From: a virus
Length of the DNA: 44,831 bases
Virus record (IMG/VR): IMGVR_UViG_3300036940_000089
Reading direction: 5' to 3' (one strand)
Position numbers and translations under genes: made by a program
The notes under the pieces: generated by a model
Database searches by the model: none
What the model saw: only the letters and a program-made list of their open reading frames with translations
Told to the model about the DNA's origin: nothing
Shown: piece by piece, positions 40,510-44,831 of the stretch
Position numbering within the stretch: the first letter of the stretch is position 1
Layout: the number at the start of each line of letters is the position of its first letter

Positions 40510-40563
40510 CCCGCCTGTCAAATCGACCAGCTAGTGGTCAATGTGCGCAACCCCCATGTCGCG

Positions 40564-40809
40564 CTAAAAATTGTCTTCCCGTCTCAGTGTGTCAGCCATT
40601 GCGTGATACGGTGCGAGGTCGTCAAAGTCGTCGGTGTCGAAATCGCTCCACTCGCACTTGGCGTCGTCCCAACTTGACGCAGGGCCGAGACACAGCCGTG
40701 CTAATTGTCGTTTCAATAAGAGGCAGCGGTCCCTATCCTCTCGGTTGTTGCTCCAGGCAATGCGCTGGATCTCCGATTTGAGGATGGTGGTACGCTGCTC
40801 TTTGCCCAT
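40564..40809 (-). CDS. Hypothetical acidic protein (81 aa)
   Basis: ATG 40809 follows ATGGAGGACGC. Confidence 0.55.
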   Translation of the reverse strand: MGKEQRTTILKSEIQRIAWSNNREDRDRCLLLKRQLARLCLGPASSWDDAKCEWSDFDTDDFDDLAPYHAMADTLRREDNF

Positions 40810-40979
40810 GCGTCCTCCATTGACTACTCCCCACGCCTGAAGGCGGGGGATTCCTAATTCGCTGAGGATTGCGTTCCGTACTGGCTACGTCTTAAATCCT
40901 CTCCAAAGGCTTAAAATTCCGCATGCCCTGCGGTATTTAGTTCTTTTGTCAACGATCTTGGTTTTCGATCATTGGTAAT

Positions 40980-41007
40980 ATTATACTACATTTCACTGAG
41001 ATGACAA
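40980..41007 (-). promoter_or_regulatory. Near-consensus promoter TTGTCA-16 nt-TATAAT (minus strand)
   Basis: The minus sense reads ctcTTGTCAtctcagtgaaatgtagTATAATatt. It is followed by a leader of about 165 nt with several hairpins before the ATG at 40809. Confidence 0.6.
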
Positions 41008-41067
41008 GAGAAAAACCGCATCCTTATATCCACACGGATAAATCCGGTGGTCTTACGGATGCATCGA

Positions 41068-41103
41068 TAAAAAAGGCCCCCAGGCTCGGGGGCCTTGCTT
41101 TTT
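41068..41103. terminator. Bidirectional rho-independent terminator
   Basis: ataaaaaaGGCCCCCaggctcGGGGGCCttgcttttt: a 7-bp G/C stem with an A-run upstream and a T-run downstream. Confidence 0.75.
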
Positions 41104-41122
41104 GGGAACTTTGCGATCCTAC
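41068..41122 (-). ncRNA. Candidate ~55-nt small RNA (promoter-to-terminator unit with no ORF)
   Basis: The promoter at 41129-41158 fires toward the terminator hairpin at 41075-41094, only about 30 nt away. No start codon or SD lies between them. The ends are predicted, not measured. Confidence 0.35.
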
Positions 41123-41128
41123 TTTTCA

Positions 41129-41158
41129 AGTATAGCGAATAGGGGTAGCGAATGTCAA
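41129..41158 (-). promoter_or_regulatory. Promoter TTGACA-18 nt-TATACT (minus strand) flanked by inverted repeat GGGGTAG/CTACCCC
   Basis: The minus sense reads ttaTTGACAttcgctacccctattcgcTATACTtg. The 7-bp arms at 41142-41148 and 41172-41178 bracket the -35. Confidence 0.55.
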
Positions 41159-41198
41159 TAAAAAATTTACACTACCCCATTTTTAGCATACTGTTTTT

Positions 41199-41642
41199 TT
41201 AAAAATTGGCAACTTTTCTTTTTGGCCAGATCCCGCGCTTCTTCGCTCGCTTCCAAAACGACCGGCAATAACTCCCAGCTGCGAGGCTGAGACTCTTTGA
41301 CCATTGCCACTCATTGTATTTCGGTTTCAACCCGTATTCTCTCAACGCCTTGCAAACTTCGGGGTACTGGTCAAGCATGTACGGGGTGCAATATTGCGCA
41401 ACGACAATCAGCGCCCCTCGCTCTGTGCCCGGCAGACACGACATAAGGTCAATCGCGTATTCCAGCCGGTAATCGGTCTTTCTCTCGCTCTGCACCATGT
41501 AACACGGCCCTTTTTCTACACCGCCGTTGGCAACATGGCTTTCAACTTCGCTGAACTTTCTCGTTATACCGCCTAGTGTTGGGTGCTGCGCCAGGTCGAT
41601 AAGTTGGAATGCGTCCTGAAATGCTCGCTCCCGTTCGTCCAT
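41199..41642 (-). CDS. Hypothetical protein (147 aa), possible regulator by position
   Basis: Start reset to ATG 41642, which follows AAAGGGGAGCAC. The 182-aa track ORF overlaps a better-supported 53-aa ORF in another frame. No motif recognised. Confidence 0.5.
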   Translation of the reverse strand: MDERERAFQDAFQLIDLAQHPTLGGITRKFSEVESHVANGGVEKGPCYMVQSERKTDYRLEYAIDLMSCLPGTERGALIVVAQYCTPYMLDQYPEVCKALREYGLKPKYNEWQWSKSLSLAAGSYCRSFWKRAKKRGIWPKRKVANF

Positions 41643-41656
41643 GTGCTCCCCTTTAG

Positions 41657-41818
41657 CTAAGGTAACGTAATCCACAAAGCCTCGCCTCCTGGCGTCGGGA
41701 ATGTCGCGCCAGTGCACCACTTCCAGCCTCCCTCCGTTTTTATCCAATGCCCTCCGTTAATTGCGTGCGCTTTTGTACCGATAGGGTAATCGCGCCACGG
41801 CCTGTCCACCCGTTCCAT
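41657..41818 (-). CDS. Small Trp/Gly-rich protein (53 aa)
   Basis: MERVDRPWRDYPIGTKAHAINGGHWIKTEGGWKWCTGATFPTPGGEALWITLP. ATG lies 9 nt after AAGGAGGG and the stop lies just before the SD of the next gene. Confidence 0.45.
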   Translation of the reverse strand: MERVDRPWRDYPIGTKAHAINGGHWIKTEGGWKWCTGATFPTPGGEALWITLP

Positions 41819-41823
41819 GCTCA

Positions 41824-42021
41824 TCATCCCTCCTTGAGGTAGTCAGTTAATCTCTCGCCCCTGCCCCACATCTCCCGCAGCACCGCCAAGTCCTCGGCCA
41901 TCCATGACGTTCTCGACGTTGCCTGCCCGTTGTGTATCAGCCATGTGGATTGAGGTATTTTCGCGCCGTTGCAGCGAGGGCAGTAGCAATCTACGAGGTA
42001 GTCTTGTTTAGGCCCGGCCAT
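41824..42021 (-). CDS. Small protein with a zinc ribbon and a Myb/SANT-like tail (65 aa)
   Basis: MAGPKQDYLVDCYCPRCNG...SWMAEDLAVLREMWGRGERLTDYLKEG. ATG 42021 follows AAGGAGGCTAGGA. Confidence 0.5.
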   Translation of the reverse strand: MAGPKQDYLVDCYCPRCNGAKIPQSTWLIHNGQATSRTSWMAEDLAVLREMWGRGERLTDYLKEG

Positions 42022-42346
42022 TCCTAGCCTCCTTACCGTCATGCTCGATGCACAGCAGGAGTTTATCCAGGCTGTCCACATCAAGACGGTCCTCGCCTAA
42101 AATAGCGGCCATCGGAGATGATCCCATACCGCACTCCCAGCAATACCAATCTAGCCATCCGTTATTGTCATCAACCAGGGCAGCGACGCTATTTGTGTAA
42201 CGCTCGAACATCCCCCAAACTGGCTTAAACAAGGGTGCCTCTGGCCCCGCCCCTGTGAGTTGGCAAAAAGCATCATAGTTTTTTTGCAACGCCCTGTACG
42301 CTGCCTCCCATCGTTTTAGTTGTACTATTTTTTGTTCAGTTGTCAT
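42008..42346 (-). CDS. Hypothetical protein (112 aa)
   Basis: The ATG overlaps the dnaB stop (ATGA). Confidence 0.55.
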   Translation of the reverse strand: MTTEQKIVQLKRWEAAYRALQKNYDAFCQLTGAGPEAPLFKPVWGMFERYTNSVAALVDDNNGWLDWYCWECGMGSSPMAAILGEDRLDVDSLDKLLLCIEHDGKEARNGRA

Positions 42347-43626
42347 CTCGCCTCCCTGAATGTCGTATGTTCCCCGATATATTCACAATTCACAGTCCCA
42401 ACCGGGCCACCTCTGTGCTTGCCGATAATAATCTGCGCCTTGCGTCTGTGGTTTTTCTCGCACTCTGCAACGCCCTTGCAATCACAATAAATGGCCTCCC
42501 GATAGCAAAACATAATCACGTCGGCGTCCTGCTCTAATGCCCCCGACTCTCTCAGATCAGCCATTTTCGGGCGTTTGTCGTCGCGGTTTTCCAAACCCCT
42601 GTTAAGCTGGCAAAGGGCGATGACAGGCGCTTCGATTTCCTTGCTCAACAGCTTTAATTGACGGCTTGCGTCCGTAACAATGTCATACCGCGTCCCGGTC
42701 CCGTCGATCAGTTGCAGGTAGTCTACGATAACGGCCCCTATCCCATGCTTGCGTTTTATCTGCTTGGCGCGTGAGCGGATTTCTGAGGCCGTCAATACCG
42801 GCGTATCGTCTATCCACAGTTGACTTTTGTGCAATCTGTCTGCCGCATCGTTGAGCTTTGAAAAGTCGGCACCTTCAAGCATCCCAAACCGCATTTTCCC
42901 GTTGTCAATTTTACCCTCGGAGGATAAGGCGCGTTCGCCTAATTCCGCTTCGTCCATTTCCATGCTAAACAGGAGTGTAGGCTTTCCGCTTTTTCCTACA
43001 TGCCGCGCTATGTCCATCGCCAGCGCCGTTTTCCCCATCCCTGGACGCCCGGCAACAATGTAAAACTTGCTAGGCTGGATTCCACCAAGCATTCGGTCAA
43101 GCGGTGTTAAGCCCGTCGGCGCTCCTGGTATTTGCCCCTTATGTTCCCTTCGCGCCTCAAGCACATTCAGAGCTTTTAAAAGGGCCTCGCTTATTTTTTT
43201 CGGGCCCCCTTCGGATTTTCCGCGAATGCCGTCTATCGTCGCTTCGATCTTTTCCAGAATTTCGGCAACTGGCATCTTATCCGCGTTTTGCTGTATAGCT
43301 TCGGCAATACCGCGAATCTTTCGACGCTGGCTTTTCTCCCGAACCTGCTTGACGTAATAGCCGACATTGACGGCGGTCGGGGAAAACTCCATAAGCTCGT
43401 TTAGATACGTGACACCGCCGACCTCTTGTAGTTTTTTTATACGCACAAGTTCGTTTGTAAGGGCGACAAGCTCCGGCTTAATCCCTTGGCAATGGAGGTC
43501 AAGCATAACGCGGTAAATCTCGCGGTGTGCTCCGGTAAAATCGTCGGCGGCTAGATTGATACGGTCAAGAGCTTCGTCGGGATCAAGGCAGATCGCGCCG
43601 AGTATGGCTTTTTCGTTATCCAGCAT
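42343..43626 (-). CDS. dnaB: Replicative DNA helicase, DnaB family
   Basis: N-terminal EKAILGAICLDPD, Walker A GRPGMGKTALAMDIA, Walker B GAVIVDYLQL and LSKEIEAPVIALCQLNR. Start set at ATG 43626, which follows GGGAGGGCGCGGCCA. Confidence 0.9.
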   Translation of the reverse strand: MLDNEKAILGAICLDPDEALDRINLAADDFTGAHREIYRVMLDLHCQGIKPELVALTNELVRIKKLQEVGGVTYLNELMEFSPTAVNVGYYVKQVREKSQRRKIRGIAEAIQQNADKMPVAEILEKIEATIDGIRGKSEGGPKKISEALLKALNVLEARREHKGQIPGAPTGLTPLDRMLGGIQPSKFYIVAGRPGMGKTALAMDIARHVGKSGKPTLLFSMEMDEAELGERALSSEGKIDNGKMRFGMLEGADFSKLNDAADRLHKSQLWIDDTPVLTASEIRSRAKQIKRKHGIGAVIVDYLQLIDGTGTRYDIVTDASRQLKLLSKEIEAPVIALCQLNRGLENRDDKRPKMADLRESGALEQDADVIMFCYREAIYCDCKGVAECEKNHRRKAQIIIGKHRGGPVGTVNCEYIGEHTTFREAR

Positions 43627-44497
43627 TGGCCGCGCCCTCCCTCGCAAGCCGTTCAAGCTCTAAGACGTGTGGCGGTTTCCATCCGTCTAGTTGGCTTTTA
43701 GGTGTCTCATACAGCCCACCTTCCGGTTGTTTTTTCTTACCCTTGCCTTCGAGAACGGCCAACACATATTTCAGGTTGGCCCCCGCATTCCCTGCTTCGG
43801 AGAATGCGTATTCGATTCTGTCTTGCGGATACTTGTTCTTAATCTCCACAAGCGTTTTTGCTTCGTAGGAGTTTGGCTGCTTTCCCTTGAGCGCAAAAAA
43901 GAGGGCGTTGACGTTTGTATTCTGCCCGGTATGCGGTATGATTTTCTGTTGTGGTTGATTTGTTTCCTCTACTTTCCTTTCCTTTCCTTTCCTTTGTGGT
44001 TCCGCCGCCCCCTTTTTTGCTGTTTCGGATTCCGTTGACACACTTTCGGATTCCTTAAGGCCACTTCCGGATTCCTTAAGTTTTTCTATTGTTATTGTCG
44101 CTCTTGATGACGCGGGTAATTTTGGGTTTATCAATAAATATTCTTCTTGGAAAACAATCTCGCTGCGCTTCAAGCACGCTTCAAGATACCGTTTTTGAAT
44201 CCCGTGCGATGTCAACACGACATGGGCGTCAAATATGTCTTTATCAAAAATTCCCTTATTCATAGAAAAGGAAACCATTTCCTCTGTTTCGGATTCCGAA
44301 AGCCCATTTTCGGAAGAAAAAAGCAATTGCTCATCTTCTCCCCATTTTGCGAAATACCCTTCTGCATAAATCGCCTGCCATATTGACAATAAAAACCCTA
44401 TACCTTTTAGCCCATATTTTGCTTTAAGGATTTTTACAGATTGATCCCACGAGACATCTACCGGAAAGTAATCCAACCCTATTTTTCTTCGTGCCAA
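43616..44497 (-). CDS. Replication initiator / replisome organiser (DUF4373-like N-domain, DnaD-like C-region)
   Basis: LDYFPVDVSWDQSVKILKAKYGLKGIGFLLSIWQAIYAEGYF is the Lin1244/DUF4373 pattern. It lies directly upstream of dnaB. Start set at TTG 44497 (GGAGGG then AAAT). The central linker carries iterons. Confidence 0.65.
   Translation of the reverse strand: MARRKIGLDYFPVDVSWDQSVKILKAKYGLKGIGFLLSIWQAIYAEGYFAKWGEDEQLLFSSENGLSESETEEMVSFSMNKGIFDKDIFDAHVVLTSHGIQKRYLEACLKRSEIVFQEEYLLINPKLPASSRATITIEKLKESGSGLKESESVSTESETAKKGAAEPQRKGKERKVEETNQPQQKIIPHTGQNTNVNALFFALKGKQPNSYEAKTLVEIKNKYPQDRIEYAFSEAGNAGANLKYVLAVLEGKGKKKQPEGGLYETPKSQLDGWKPPHVLELERLAREGAANAG
43973..43992. repeat. Tandem pentanucleotide (TTTCC)x4 inside the initiator gene
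   Basis: Read directly: ac-tttcc-tttcc-tttcc-tttcc-tttg. It encodes ...RKGKERKVE... Confidence 0.8.
44024..44075. repeat. Three iterons T(T/C)CGGATTCC at 21-bp spacing (putative origin), with a fourth copy at 44288-44297
   Basis: Copies at 44024-44033, 44045-44054 and 44066-44075. The last two extend to CGGATTCCTTAAG. An AT-rich stretch follows at 44081-44150. Confidence 0.6.
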
Positions 44498-44691
44498 ATT
44501 TCCCTCCAGAACGTAAAAAAGCCCACCGCAATGGCCATTGTCACGACTGTCGAGGAAGTGGCAACGGTTTAAACCATCACGGCGGGCTACTATGATGCTC
44601 GGAAAACAAACCCCCGGCACTCTTAACCTGCTATGTAGGTGACAATTAAAAACCGCTGCTACACTTCCTCGACGCTTCCAATTTACTCCTT

Positions 44692-44831
44692 TTACCCCGC
44701 TTTATCAAGATGCTGCTTACGCTTGCCGTCTCCAGCCCACACCTGGAATTCTTTGCACTCGCGGCATGTAGACATGCAGAACGCAAACAGTTTAGCGTGG
44801 CATCTATGACACGGCGGAAGGTCGTCGTGCC
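44692..44831 (-). CDS. 3' end of the junction-spanning gene (duplicate copy of 1-127 plus the last 13 nt)
   Basis: Same frame as feature 1-335. It reads ...KRKQHLDKAG and stops at TAA 44694-44692. Confidence 0.6.
   Translation of the reverse strand, partial: HDDLPPCHRCHAKLFAFCMSTCRECKEFQVWAGDGKRKQHLDKAG
44705..44831. repeat. Terminal overlap copy (identical to 1-127)
   Basis: Direct comparison of the two window ends. Confidence 0.9.

Noticed and set aside
1-44831. CRISPR array, integrase/attP, DNA polymerase or RNA polymerase genes
   Set aside because: No regularly spaced direct repeats were seen at any scale. No ORF shows recombinase (R..HxxR..Y or serine-recombinase) motifs, polymerase A/B/C motifs or DPBB motifs on visual inspection. 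These absences should be confirmed with profile searches.

Overview
The window is a complete, circularly closed dsDNA phage genome. Bases 1-127 are identical to 44705-44831, so the unique length is 44704 bp, and one gene runs across the junction. About 95% of the coding sequence is on the minus strand, which reads as one long leftward programme. A near-consensus early promoter (10940-10967) sits divergent from an XRE-type repressor gene. It leads into a Cro-like gene and a run of tiny, mostly Cys-rich ORFs. Next comes a recombination module: Rad52/Sak annealase, DUF1351-like protein, NinB, Ref-like HNH, RusA and SSB. A SNF2 helicase fused to a DNA methyltransferase follows. After the junction lie the replication genes (DUF4373-type initiator with internal iterons, then DnaB) and a promoter/terminator-rich regulatory hub. 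The late genes follow: TerS, TerL, a podovirus-type portal, scaffold, major capsid, Bbp16-like cement protein, tail tubular A/B-like proteins, internal virion proteins, a 2043-aa giant protein, tail fibre, a lysis cassette and a second receptor-binding-like fibre. The structural module resembles BPP-1-like podoviruses; this is a motif-level judgement, not a search result. I found no integrase, DNA polymerase, RNA polymerase, complete tRNA or CRISPR array. Accessory or unusual items are listed here. (1) A plus-strand three-gene cassette (38615-39418) has its own consensus promoter and terminator and ends in a small HTH gene, which matches acr-aca architecture. (2) A TnpB-only IS200/IS605-type element sits directly upstream of the giant virion gene. 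(3) A low-GC HNH homing endonuclease, a tRNA-like fragment and a metallophosphoesterase are inserted after the endolysin terminator. (4) A family of structured intergenic repeats lies between the small early genes. (5) A candidate roughly 55-nt sRNA unit sits in a 390-nt regulatory hub. (6) Three 21-bp-spaced iterons lie inside the initiator gene. All functional calls rest on motifs I recognised by eye. No database search was possible, and the host cannot be assigned from this window.
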